Made by a program: the position numbers and the translations under genes. Below the pieces are notes generated by a model. That model saw nothing but the letters and a program-made list of their open reading frames with translations. It was not told where the DNA came from and did no database searches. Shown here piece by piece: positions 7,592 through 15,859 of a stretch of 24,000 bases of DNA. The first letter of the stretch is position 1. Every line of letters starts with the position of its first letter. This DNA comes from an uncultured Gammaproteobacteria bacterium (GTDB lineage: Bacteria > Pseudomonadota > Gammaproteobacteria > Pseudomonadales > Endozoicomonadaceae), in assembly GCA_929200395.1 (NCBI GenBank), contig CAKMZJ010000022.1, forward strand, positions 1 through 24,000, read 5' to 3'.

Positions 7592-9412
7592 TTGCAAAAA
7601 TTACCTGTAATTATTGCTCAGGGGGGTGTTAGTCCAGCAGGAAGAACCTCAGGCTTTTATGGCTATAGACGATTAATTTTTGATAATTTGTCAGCCATGC
7701 ATAAACAACAAACAATTAAAGCGTTGGCAAATTTATCTGATACAAGCAAAGGTAAATCAGAGGCTGAATTATTATCTGAGACATTAATTCGTCAAATAAC
7801 GCCAGATGTATTCGATTACAGCAATATTTATTCTCATAAAGCGGTAACGGTAGATGCTAATACTGCCATAAATATCAAGCAAAAAATCGATAACAAAAAT
7901 TGGAAAATCACCAAAAATAGTGATAATAGCTATAAAATATCTAGCACTAAAGAACAAAATATCATGCTTCCTAGTAGCTATAGTCTTTTGGTGCATGGTG
8001 CAGGGATGCTTCCTAGTGGTTTTTCTCCAGAGTTATTCTACCCCGCACGTAATCATCCACGAAATTTAGCTATGACTGTTTATGCGATATCTGATGCTAT
8101 TGCATCATCTGGGTTTAGCGTTGACGAGCTGAGAACTTTAGTTTCACCAACACAAATAGGAGTATATGCTGGCACTGCTATGTCAGCAATGGAGTATTCT
8201 GGGTTTGGAGGTATGTTACAAGCAAGGTTAAAATCAAAAAGAGTAACGGCAAAGCAATGCCCTTTAGGTTTTGCAGAAATGCCAGCGGATTTTATCAATG
8301 CATATGTCTTTGGGTCGTTAGGGAAAACTAGCTGTAATTTGGGTGCTTGTGCTAGCCTATTATACAATCTTGAACATGCAATTAGTGATATACAAACAGG
8401 TAAAGTTCGTATTGCTATTGTTGGCAATAGTGAAGCCCCAATAGTTCCAGAAATTATTGAAGGTTATGCTGCGATGAAAGCATTAACAACAGCAGATGAT
8501 TTACGTAATTTAGATAACCTATCGGTAGCAGATACAGTTAATTGGACTAAATCTTGTAGACCATTTGCTAATAACGCTGGATTTACTATAGCTGAGTCTG
8601 CACAGTATTTTATTTTAATGGATGATGAGCTGGCATTACAAACAGGCGCTGATATTTTAGCATCTACAGCGGGTGTATTTATCAATGCAGATGGCTATAA
8701 AAAATCTATATCTTCTCCTGGAGCAGGGAATTACATCACAGCGGCAAAAGCCACTGGTTTATTACGTGCAATTGTTGGTGAAAAGTCATTACAAAACAAT
8801 AGTTTTATTCAAATGCATGGTACTGGAACACCGCAAAATCGAGTAACAGAATCACATATTTTTGATGAAATAGCTAAAGCATTTACTATAAATAACTGGC
8901 AAGCAACAGCAGTTAAAAACTATTTAGGACATTCCATAGGAACAGCAGCTGGTGACCAAATTATGGCTACCTTAGGTATTTGGCAGGACGGCATTATTCC
9001 AGGAATAACAAATACTAAGGATATAGCAGATGATGTCTCTCAAACTAGGTTAAACTTCTTATTAGAACACACCTCGATAAATCATAAAATTACAGATTCA
9101 GCATTAATAAATGCTAAAGGATTTGGTGGCAATAATGCCACTGCTGCATTACTTAGCCCATATTTTACTCATGATTTATTAGCTAACAAGCATGGTGCTA
9201 AAGCAATAAATTCTTGGAAGAAAAAAAGAGAAAAAATAGTACAAAACCAGCAACGGCATAATGAAAATTGCTTAAATGGTTCATTTAAACCTATATATAG
9301 ATTTGGCGAGCAGGTGCTAGACCATAACGATGTAAGCTTAGAATCAGATAAATTAACAATAAATAGCTATAATTTGCAAGAAAGTTTGAATATAAAAAAT
9401 CCTTATAGTTAA
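7592..9412 (+). CDS. Long beta-ketoacyl synthase family protein (KAS I/II-type Cys-His-His)
   Basis: 606 aa. It has the active-site Cys context GACASLLYNL and the His motifs HGTGTPQNR and NYLGHSIGTAAGD, followed by the C-terminal NAKGFGGNNA. The start is TTG with AGGAG 8 nt upstream. It is ~190 aa longer than FabB/FabF because of an N-terminal-region insertion and a C-terminal tail. Confidence 0.85.
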   Translation: MQKLPVIIAQGGVSPAGRTSGFYGYRRLIFDNLSAMHKQQTIKALANLSDTSKGKSEAELLSETLIRQITPDVFDYSNIYSHKAVTVDANTAINIKQKIDNKNWKITKNSDNSYKISSTKEQNIMLPSSYSLLVHGAGMLPSGFSPELFYPARNHPRNLAMTVYAISDAIASSGFSVDELRTLVSPTQIGVYAGTAMSAMEYSGFGGMLQARLKSKRVTAKQCPLGFAEMPADFINAYVFGSLGKTSCNLGACASLLYNLEHAISDIQTGKVRIAIVGNSEAPIVPEIIEGYAAMKALTTADDLRNLDNLSVADTVNWTKSCRPFANNAGFTIAESAQYFILMDDELALQTGADILASTAGVFINADGYKKSISSPGAGNYITAAKATGLLRAIVGEKSLQNNSFIQMHGTGTPQNRVTESHIFDEIAKAFTINNWQATAVKNYLGHSIGTAAGDQIMATLGIWQDGIIPGITNTKDIADDVSQTRLNFLLEHTSINHKITDSALINAKGFGGNNATAALLSPYFTHDLLANKHGAKAINSWKKKREKIVQNQQRHNENCLNGSFKPIYRFGEQVLDHNDVSLESDKLTINSYNLQESLNIKNPYS

Positions 9413-9495
9413 TGAGGTTTTAGTAGCTTTATATGCACCTTCTTCTACTTGAATATATATATTTTCAGAGTTTAGTAAAAAGATTTAATTTAAGG

Positions 9496-9536
9496 CAAAA
9501 TACCGAAGGAATGCAATTGCATCTCAAGGTGTTTTG
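9496..9536. terminator. Possible bidirectional hairpin between convergent genes
   Basis: CAAAATACC (9496-9504) pairs with GGTGTTTTG (9528-9536) over 9 bp including one G-U pair. The palindrome ATGCAATTGCAT sits in the centre. It lies between the KAS stop and the F-box gene stop. The T-tract is weak. Confidence 0.3.
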
Positions 9537-9662
9537 TATCCAATAATAATTTTCAAAGGCTATATAAGCTTTTAATAACCTGTTATTAAATTCATAAAAA
9601 TTAGCTTCTAGTTTTTTAGGTTATTGTTAGTTCAAGCTTGAGATAATGACTTATAGTAAAAA

Positions 9663-11291
9663 CTATAAACCGAATGATGCAAATTTTTTAGTATAATATC
9701 TTATTTTTTCTAGTTTTAAGTTTCTATTCTCTTTTGTTGTAAGTTGTCTAGGAGTAATAATATTTAATCTACTTCCCTCACGCTCTTTAGCATATGAAAA
9801 AAGTGCTAAACCAGAAGGATGGATATAAAATTTTGCTACAAAAGTATCTTCTAATAAAGGGAAAAAATTTTTGTATTTTATTGGTGTTATACTACAGTTA
9901 TTGCGTTTATAGTATGGGTCTGTTGCAGATTTTAAAAGTTTATCTTCAATTCCCATGACTTCCAAGTTCATAGAAGTATCGTCGTTTTCAGTATCTTTGC
10001 ATGTTTTTAAAACAAAAATATTTTTTTCATCTAAGGTTAAACCTAATCGATGATAAGAATTATCTAATAATAACATAGCGCAAAACCATTCGCCGTTGAT
10101 TTTATTTAGCATAATCAATTTACGGGCATTATTAATATATATGCATACGCTACCTGAGTTATTAAATGTTAAGCCACGAAAGTATTGGTACATACTAAGT
10201 AAGCCATCATTTTTCTCTTTTAGTTTTGGCAATGATTTTTCTATAAAGTTTTCTTCATTATTACTTCGTGAAAACAAGTGGAGAGATTTATTAGGATAAT
10301 AACCAACTATAGCAGCTAACTCTAAACCATTAGCACTAAAAATAAAAGTAGAAACTTTATTCCCGTAGATGGGTGACTTATGAGGTATATAAGGTATAAT
10401 AAAATTTTCTATGTTATAACTAGAAGAATCTCCGACTTTTATTAAATATGGCTTATAATCTTTGATTAGAAGTAGTTTTTTATCATTACTGCATGGAAAC
10501 ATTATGGCTTTATTTAGAGATAATTTATAAGTTTTATAACCTTCTATATGGTCTATTTTACAGTCCCATAATTTTTTAGTTGTATTTTTGCCTTCTAAGT
10601 TTAGCTGATATAGAACAAATCTTAGGCTGTGTTTTTCAATACGATTATCTAATAAAATTAACAAATTATTTTCTGGGGTAAATTTTAAACATGCTATACT
10701 TTCGTCATTTATACAGTTGATGTCAATTAATTTTGTAAGATTTATAGGATAATCAATGCGGTAAATTTTGATTAAATGCATTGAATCTTTAAACTGAATA
10801 GCACAGTGATTACTTTTAAAATTAACTTTAAATTTTATAATATTATTACTCAAATTCTGTGTAACTGATCCTGTTGCTGTTCTCAATTTTTTAGCTGTAG
10901 ATGCTAATTGTTGAAAAATAAAATTACAAAATGTGTTATCTATATTTTTATTCTCTTTATTGTTTTGTAAATATTCATCTATTTTGAGTTTTGTTTCGGG
11001 ATCAAAATCTTCTAGCATTGGGCCTATAAAAGTTTTATACGAATCTATAGAATAAGACAGGCAGTTATTAGGTACTTGTTGATAAATTTTTCTTTGCAGT
11101 AAAGGGGTTATTAGTAAATAGTTAAATTTACACAAGGTGGTTAATATATATGTTGTTTTAATGTCGCAAAACTTTACTATATTTTCCCAAATTTCTGCTG
11201 GCAAATATCCTTGGTTGTTATTAGTTTCAGTTGTGTCATCTTGATTAACTAAAGTTTCATGTTTTATTGGTTTATTAGGGTAATAGATCAT
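9663..11291 (-). CDS. F-box domain protein with a beta-strand-rich (possibly propeller-like) C-terminal region
   Basis: 542 aa. Residues ~29-70 (LPAEIWENIVKFCDIKTTYILTTLCKFNYLLITPLLQRKIY) fit the F-box consensus LPxEIxxxI...L..vCK.w..L. The remainder shows recurring strand-like blocks (IACLKFTPENNLLILL, VSTFIFSANGLELAAIVG, FRGLTFNNSGSVCIYI, KFYIHPSGLALFSY). Confidence 0.8.
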   Translation of the reverse strand: MIYYPNKPIKHETLVNQDDTTETNNNQGYLPAEIWENIVKFCDIKTTYILTTLCKFNYLLITPLLQRKIYQQVPNNCLSYSIDSYKTFIGPMLEDFDPETKLKIDEYLQNNKENKNIDNTFCNFIFQQLASTAKKLRTATGSVTQNLSNNIIKFKVNFKSNHCAIQFKDSMHLIKIYRIDYPINLTKLIDINCINDESIACLKFTPENNLLILLDNRIEKHSLRFVLYQLNLEGKNTTKKLWDCKIDHIEGYKTYKLSLNKAIMFPCSNDKKLLLIKDYKPYLIKVGDSSSYNIENFIIPYIPHKSPIYGNKVSTFIFSANGLELAAIVGYYPNKSLHLFSRSNNEENFIEKSLPKLKEKNDGLLSMYQYFRGLTFNNSGSVCIYINNARKLIMLNKINGEWFCAMLLLDNSYHRLGLTLDEKNIFVLKTCKDTENDDTSMNLEVMGIEDKLLKSATDPYYKRNNCSITPIKYKNFFPLLEDTFVAKFYIHPSGLALFSYAKEREGSRLNIITPRQLTTKENRNLKLEKIRYYTKKFASFGL

Positions 11292-11341
11292 GATATTTTT
11301 ATTCCTTATATTTTACAGCTAATATTGACTTTATGCGCCAT

Positions 11342-11367
11342 CTACCTGAAAAGACGTATCTTCAAGT
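11342..11367 (-). repeat. Copy C (inverted) of a short dispersed intergenic motif
   Basis: The reverse complement ACTTGAAGATACGTCTTTTCAGGTAG matches 17207-17232 at 20 of 26 positions without gaps. It lies in the 87-bp spacer between the RING/TRAF-like gene and the F-box gene. Confidence 0.5.
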
Positions 11368-11378
11368 AAAGTATTAAT

Positions 11379-12587
11379 TTAACCCTGTAATTCTGAAATC
11401 TCTATTCTCCATGTAATAGAAGCACCAAACTTATCGACATACCACTTACTAAGTCCTTTATCTGTAAAAAATTCTTTAAAATCTATAAAAGACTGTGGGG
11501 TATCAATCTTGTTATGTCTGTACATAGAGTTTAAGGTTGTAATTTGTGAAAAGGTAAATGATTGCTGAGACATCAATACCTTTTCTATTGAGGATAAATA
11601 AGCATAAATAGATACTTGATATTTTAGCTTATGGAAATTAAATGATTCGATATAAAAACCTTGTTGTTCTCTGTTTCGGAAGCGCATAGGGACTTCTTCC
11701 AAAGGAATATCATCATCATATTTATTATTAATCACTGCATCATAATAAGCATAATCCTCTGGTTTTTTTATAAATAATAAATTTTGTTCATCTATGGTGA
11801 TATATACAGTAGAAAAAATAAATTTTCTTTCTGATGGATATTCATCACTTGGAGCAAATTCATATATAGGCATGGAAAGTAATTCTTTTTGGGTATTTGT
11901 AACAATGTGACTATGTATAAAATGTTCGGCGCATCTTGCACTTTCTTCCTTTCTTGTATTATTTAGCAATCTATTACGAACAAATAATGGCGGAAGGGTA
12001 GAATTTATATGTTTCCATTCAACAAATTCTTCAGGGCATTGTTGTTTATGCTTTTTAAAATCTATTTGTTCTTCGTTAGTTAACTTAGTTTTACATTTAG
12101 AGCATTTTATTACAGCGCAAGCATTCATTTCAGGTGATACTTTTCTATCGATTAATGTTTGTTCACCACAACAAAGCTCTAAATGTGCTTCTAGCTTAGT
12201 TAAACGTAAAGTATCACCACAATTTTTAGGGCAAATACATATAACATTATACTTCATGTCATTGATTGTTCTTCTTGCTTGTTTATCCTCTATAAATTCA
12301 GAATCTTCTGTTAATGATTCTTTACACATAGGACATGTAGAATTTTTATACTCATCGGTGCATTTTCTACAAAACAAGTGCCTTTCATCTAAGGTTAAAG
12401 CTACTTTATTACATAAAGATACAGGGTCTTCAGGTATTTCCATGCAAATTATACATTTAGGATGAAAATTTTCAGTACTTATTATTTTTACAGATGGATA
12501 TTTATGAGCAAGCTCAGTATTAGTAAAATTTGTTGATAAACTAGGTAAAATAGTCAAATCATTATTGTTTAAAGTTATGTTTTGCAT
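11379..12587 (-). CDS. TRAF-like protein: variant RING finger, two TRAF-type zinc fingers, MATH-like C-terminal domain (paralog 1)
   Basis: 402 aa. The RING is at residues 45-88 (CIICMEIPEDPVSLCNKVALTLDERHLFCRKCTDEYKNSTCPMC). The two TRAF-type fingers are CPKNCGDTLRLTKLEAHLELC (119-139) and CSKCKTKLTNEEQIDFKKHKQQC (162-184). The C-terminal ~190 aa ends in PQSFIDFKEFFTDKGLSKWYVDKFGASITWRIEI, which resembles terminal MATH strands. Confidence 0.8.
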   Translation of the reverse strand: MQNITLNNNDLTILPSLSTNFTNTELAHKYPSVKIISTENFHPKCIICMEIPEDPVSLCNKVALTLDERHLFCRKCTDEYKNSTCPMCKESLTEDSEFIEDKQARRTINDMKYNVICICPKNCGDTLRLTKLEAHLELCCGEQTLIDRKVSPEMNACAVIKCSKCKTKLTNEEQIDFKKHKQQCPEEFVEWKHINSTLPPLFVRNRLLNNTRKEESARCAEHFIHSHIVTNTQKELLSMPIYEFAPSDEYPSERKFIFSTVYITIDEQNLLFIKKPEDYAYYDAVINNKYDDDIPLEEVPMRFRNREQQGFYIESFNFHKLKYQVSIYAYLSSIEKVLMSQQSFTFSQITTLNSMYRHNKIDTPQSFIDFKEFFTDKGLSKWYVDKFGASITWRIEISELQG

Positions 12588-12749
12588 ATATTTTTGTTTA
12601 ATCCAATTGTTGTTAAAAGTTATTTTTATATCATTAGTTATGACATCTACTGACCATAAAAATTCAATAAATAAAATATTTAATTATTAATATTTTAAAA
12701 GGTAAAACTTTTAGTTTTTAAATTATGCAAAATAACAGTTAAAACAGAG

Positions 12750-14126
12750 TTAATTATCCCAGTTATCTTGATCAGATTCATCGCTTGAACTATCTTCATG
12801 TATGCTTGAGTATCGATTATTTATTGCAACTAATAAAGAATCATAAAGTGTTTCATGATTACTAGATTTAGCTGAATGTGTTTTTTTATTATTAGTTATA
12901 TTTTCTGAGTTAACTTTTTTAAGTGGTATCCCTTGTTTAATTGCTTCCAGTAACGTATCTCTATTACGAGAAGTATCTAAGGTTGTTGATTTATTATTTG
13001 ATAAATATTTCACGTCTTTTTTTATCATAGTATTAAAATAATATTGATGTTTTTCAACTATATGCATCAATATTTTTAATTCTTCAATGCTCTGCATAAA
13101 ATTTGGTCTTGATTTTTTTATTGTATAAATAATTTCTGTTAAATAAGGTATATCAATTTTATTATTTAAAAAATAATCTCGCATCATATTATTAATAGCA
13201 ATAAAAACTCCTGTTTTTATTACACCTAAATTGCAATTAACTACAATAGGTTGTTTATTAAAATTTCTAAAGATGGGTAAATTAACGATATATTTAATGA
13301 CAGCTGACAGTTTTGTGGCTCTTAAAGGATCAATAACTAAATCGTTTTTCCATCCTAAATCGTAAATACGTATATGAGGTAATTTATTTATTTCTAAAAA
13401 ATCTATGAGTATATTAGCTCTTGAATTTGATATGAAGTCTATTTTTGTTATAGATACTGCTTTTGCAATAACCATTTTATTAGATTTAATTTTACGTATA
13501 GTAATAGGTTTATTAAACTCATACGGAGGCAATATATGATTAGTAGCGTTATCGGAATTGAATTTTTCACTATCAACTAAGGAGATCGATATAAAACTAT
13601 TATTTTCTGCTAACATTCTGATGAAATGCTTGCTTGTATCTTTATCATTAAGTTTAGTAGTAGGACCTTGTGCTGCTATATAACTTCCTTGCGATAACTG
13701 TATTTTATTAGCATGGTATATATTCCCTTTAGTTGCTGAACTAGCTATAGGACATAATATATTTTGTGCTTTATTGTTATGTTTTATTATTTGGCCATGA
13801 TCATAATTATTAAATTTAGATTGAATAGTATTTAGTTGTTCTGTTAACTGTTCTTGCGGGGAATTAAAATCTAAATTTTTAGTTTTTAACTTATTAAAAA
13901 TAAAGTTTATGGTTTTTTCTATACGAGATAAATTTTTTTTAGAAAATATTTCTGTTACTGATTTTGTTATTTGGTTGTTATTTTGGTTTGTAGAAGCGGA
14001 TTCTATATTTAATTGAGAATGGTTTAAATATACATTATGTGTTGAATTTATGTTTGTACCATTCAAATTATAATTATCATTAGGTGTGCTAATGCTAGTA
14101 AATTGCATGCTTGCATTGTTAATCAT
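12750..14126 (-). CDS. Classical protein-tyrosine-phosphatase-like domain (degenerate NCx5K P-loop) fused to a C-terminal WH2 actin-binding motif
   Basis: 458 aa. The PTP landmarks appear in the canonical order. NKAQNILCP matches NKxKNRYxxxxP. SYIAAQGP matches YIATQGP. FIRMLAENNSFISISLV matches FWRMVWEQ..IVML. GWKNDLVIDP matches WPDxGxP. PIVVNCNLGVIKTGVFIAIN matches PIVVHCSAGxGRTGTFIA. MQSIEELKIL matches the VQTxEQYxF Q-loop. The WH2 motif is RDTLLEAIKQGIPLKKV (residues 389-405, nt 12912-12962). The tail is acidic and Ser-rich. Confidence 0.8.
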   Translation of the reverse strand: MINNASMQFTSISTPNDNYNLNGTNINSTHNVYLNHSQLNIESASTNQNNNQITKSVTEIFSKKNLSRIEKTINFIFNKLKTKNLDFNSPQEQLTEQLNTIQSKFNNYDHGQIIKHNNKAQNILCPIASSATKGNIYHANKIQLSQGSYIAAQGPTTKLNDKDTSKHFIRMLAENNSFISISLVDSEKFNSDNATNHILPPYEFNKPITIRKIKSNKMVIAKAVSITKIDFISNSRANILIDFLEINKLPHIRIYDLGWKNDLVIDPLRATKLSAVIKYIVNLPIFRNFNKQPIVVNCNLGVIKTGVFIAINNMMRDYFLNNKIDIPYLTEIIYTIKKSRPNFMQSIEELKILMHIVEKHQYYFNTMIKKDVKYLSNNKSTTLDTSRNRDTLLEAIKQGIPLKKVNSENITNNKKTHSAKSSNHETLYDSLLVAINNRYSSIHEDSSSDESDQDNWDN

Positions 14127-14378
14127 CGATAAGCCTTTAATTTTAGTAAGATATTATTAAAAAAACCGCCTAAATTATATTAAATTTAATCTTTTTATTC
14201 GATTTTAAGTTTTATATTTTAAGGTGTATCTATTATGGAATAGATTATAATATCACATGAAAATAATTTAATTTAAACTTTTATTGTGATGTGTTTTCTA
14301 AGCTGTTTAGTTTGACTAAAAGTAAATATTTGTTATAGTTTACTCTTATCATAGAAAAATAATAAAAAGGTGAGGTAA

Positions 14379-15791
14379 ATGAAATTTAGTTTATTAGCAG
14401 TATTACTTGCTAAAATGTTAATGCTAACACAGGTACAACTTTATCCATTCGAAACAAACTATACTGAAGTAGATAACCCTAACTTATTAAATAATACTGT
14501 ATCTTCTCAAATAAATCAATCATTAGTAAATATAGCAGATTATAAGTCTACAGATGTTTTATCTAGGGTGAAGCGGGCAGCTAGAGGTGGTGGTTATTCT
14601 GGGGGTCGTGGCGGTGGTGGTAGAAGCAGTTTAGGACGTGGCGGAAGATCATATAGAGGTTCATACAGAAGTAAATCTAATTCATATACAAGGAGTCGGT
14701 CGTCGTACAGAGTATCAAAAAATTATTTTACTGGTAAAAAATGGTACAATTTAAACGGCAAGCCAGTTAATTTATATAAAGGATTATTATATACTAAATC
14801 AGGGGCAATAAAACGGTTTGTAACAACCTCTAAAGGCATAAAATATAAAATAAATAATGTTAATAATTGGTTAAATATAAAAACTAAAGATAAAGTTATA
14901 ATCAGCACCTTACCTAAAATCGTGCAGTATAGGAAGAATAATAACTTGTTTAAATTAGCTGTTTGTAATTTTTATTTCAATTATCATTGGAATAATCCAC
15001 TAGAAATACATTTTCTATATCATAAAAATAATAATCCTTTTAAATTGTTATTTATGCCAAACTATAAAGATAAATCTATGATAGATATAGGATATTACGA
15101 TATTAATAAACCAAATAATAATTTTGCTAATAGCACATCGGAAGCAAATCATACTACAGCTGAAGCAAAAATAGCTAGAACTTTTATAAAGCTGGGATCT
15201 ATACCTAGAGGTAGTCATATTAGTTTTGCTGTATTGAATCAAGCATCAGTAAATAACCCAGTCTCAAAAACAGTTTTACCTAAAAGTAATAATACTGAAA
15301 TAGCAGATTATAACACTACAGCAGAGTATAACATAACCAGTTTACCACACAATATTACTAAAAATAATGCCACAACAGTTTTGCCAATTCCTGTTATTAT
15401 AAATCCAAATAGTACTGATATAAACCATATGCAAAACATTACATCGCCGATAAACTCAACAGTTTCTTATGATGCTAATAACATTACTCAGGTTAATTCA
15501 TTATTAACTCAACAAAATGTTTTAAATGCCCCTTCGCAGCTTGTTATAATGACTGATAATAAGATTATTAAAAAAATTCCTTTGCCTCAAAAAGTCGATT
15601 ATTTTCTTATTAATAGCAATAATGATACTATTTTAACTTATTCTATGAATAGCCCTAAAATAGAGAGAAAACGCAACAATAATAATAACAATAATACTTG
15701 GTGGTATTGGGGAGCGGCAACTACAGGAAAAGATATTAATTATATGTTGCTATCAGCTTTAGCTTTAATGAGTATAAAATCATTACTTTAA
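14379..15791 (+). CDS. Secreted or surface-type Asn-rich protein with an RGG box, many NxS/T sequons and a hydrophobic C-terminal tail
   Basis: 470 aa. A strong RBS (AAAGGTGAGG) precedes the ATG. It has an N-terminal signal-like peptide (MKFSLLAVLLAKMLMLTQV) and the segment RVKRAARGGGYSGGRGGGGRSSLGRGGRSYRGSYRSKSNSYTRSRSSYR (nt ~14565-14714, a locally GC-rich patch). The C-terminus reads NNNNNNNTWWYWGAATTGKDINYMLLSALALMSIKSLL. Confidence 0.75.
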   Translation: MKFSLLAVLLAKMLMLTQVQLYPFETNYTEVDNPNLLNNTVSSQINQSLVNIADYKSTDVLSRVKRAARGGGYSGGRGGGGRSSLGRGGRSYRGSYRSKSNSYTRSRSSYRVSKNYFTGKKWYNLNGKPVNLYKGLLYTKSGAIKRFVTTSKGIKYKINNVNNWLNIKTKDKVIISTLPKIVQYRKNNNLFKLAVCNFYFNYHWNNPLEIHFLYHKNNNPFKLLFMPNYKDKSMIDIGYYDINKPNNNFANSTSEANHTTAEAKIARTFIKLGSIPRGSHISFAVLNQASVNNPVSKTVLPKSNNTEIADYNTTAEYNITSLPHNITKNNATTVLPIPVIINPNSTDINHMQNITSPINSTVSYDANNITQVNSLLTQQNVLNAPSQLVIMTDNKIIKKIPLPQKVDYFLINSNNDTILTYSMNSPKIERKRNNNNNNNTWWYWGAATTGKDINYMLLSALALMSIKSLL

Positions 15792-15820
15792 CAGGATAAA
15801 AATAATTTTGCTCTTAACGA

Positions 15821-15855
15821 ACCCACCGCCATTTCATTTAGGGTGGGGTATTTTG
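15821..15855 (+). terminator. Rho-independent terminator-like hairpin between convergent genes
   Basis: CCCACC (15822-15827) pairs perfectly with GGTGGG (15842-15847) and is followed by TATTTTGAGTTTT. This GC-rich stem stands out in AT-rich DNA. It lies 30 nt after the stop of the 470-aa ORF and just beyond the stop of the minus-strand paralog. Confidence 0.55.
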
Positions 15856-15859
15856 AGTT

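Noticed and set aside
7784-8685. Minus-strand ORFs 7784-7996, 8080-8427 and 8464-8685
   Set aside because: They are antisense shadows inside the ketosynthase gene, whose Cys-His-His motifs fix the coding strand.
10096-10299. Plus-strand 67-aa ORF inside the F-box gene
   Set aside because: It is an antisense shadow ORF with no supporting features.
12256-12465. Plus-strand ORFs antisense to the TRAF-like paralogs (12256-12465, and likewise 15843-16037, 16431-16670 and 16842-17045)
   Set aside because: They appear in both paralogs only because the sense strands are homologous. The RING and zinc-finger motifs identify the minus strand as coding.
14723-15242. Minus-strand ORFs 14723-14908 and 15048-15242
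   Set aside because: They are antisense to the 470-aa ORF, which has a strong RBS and a signal peptide.
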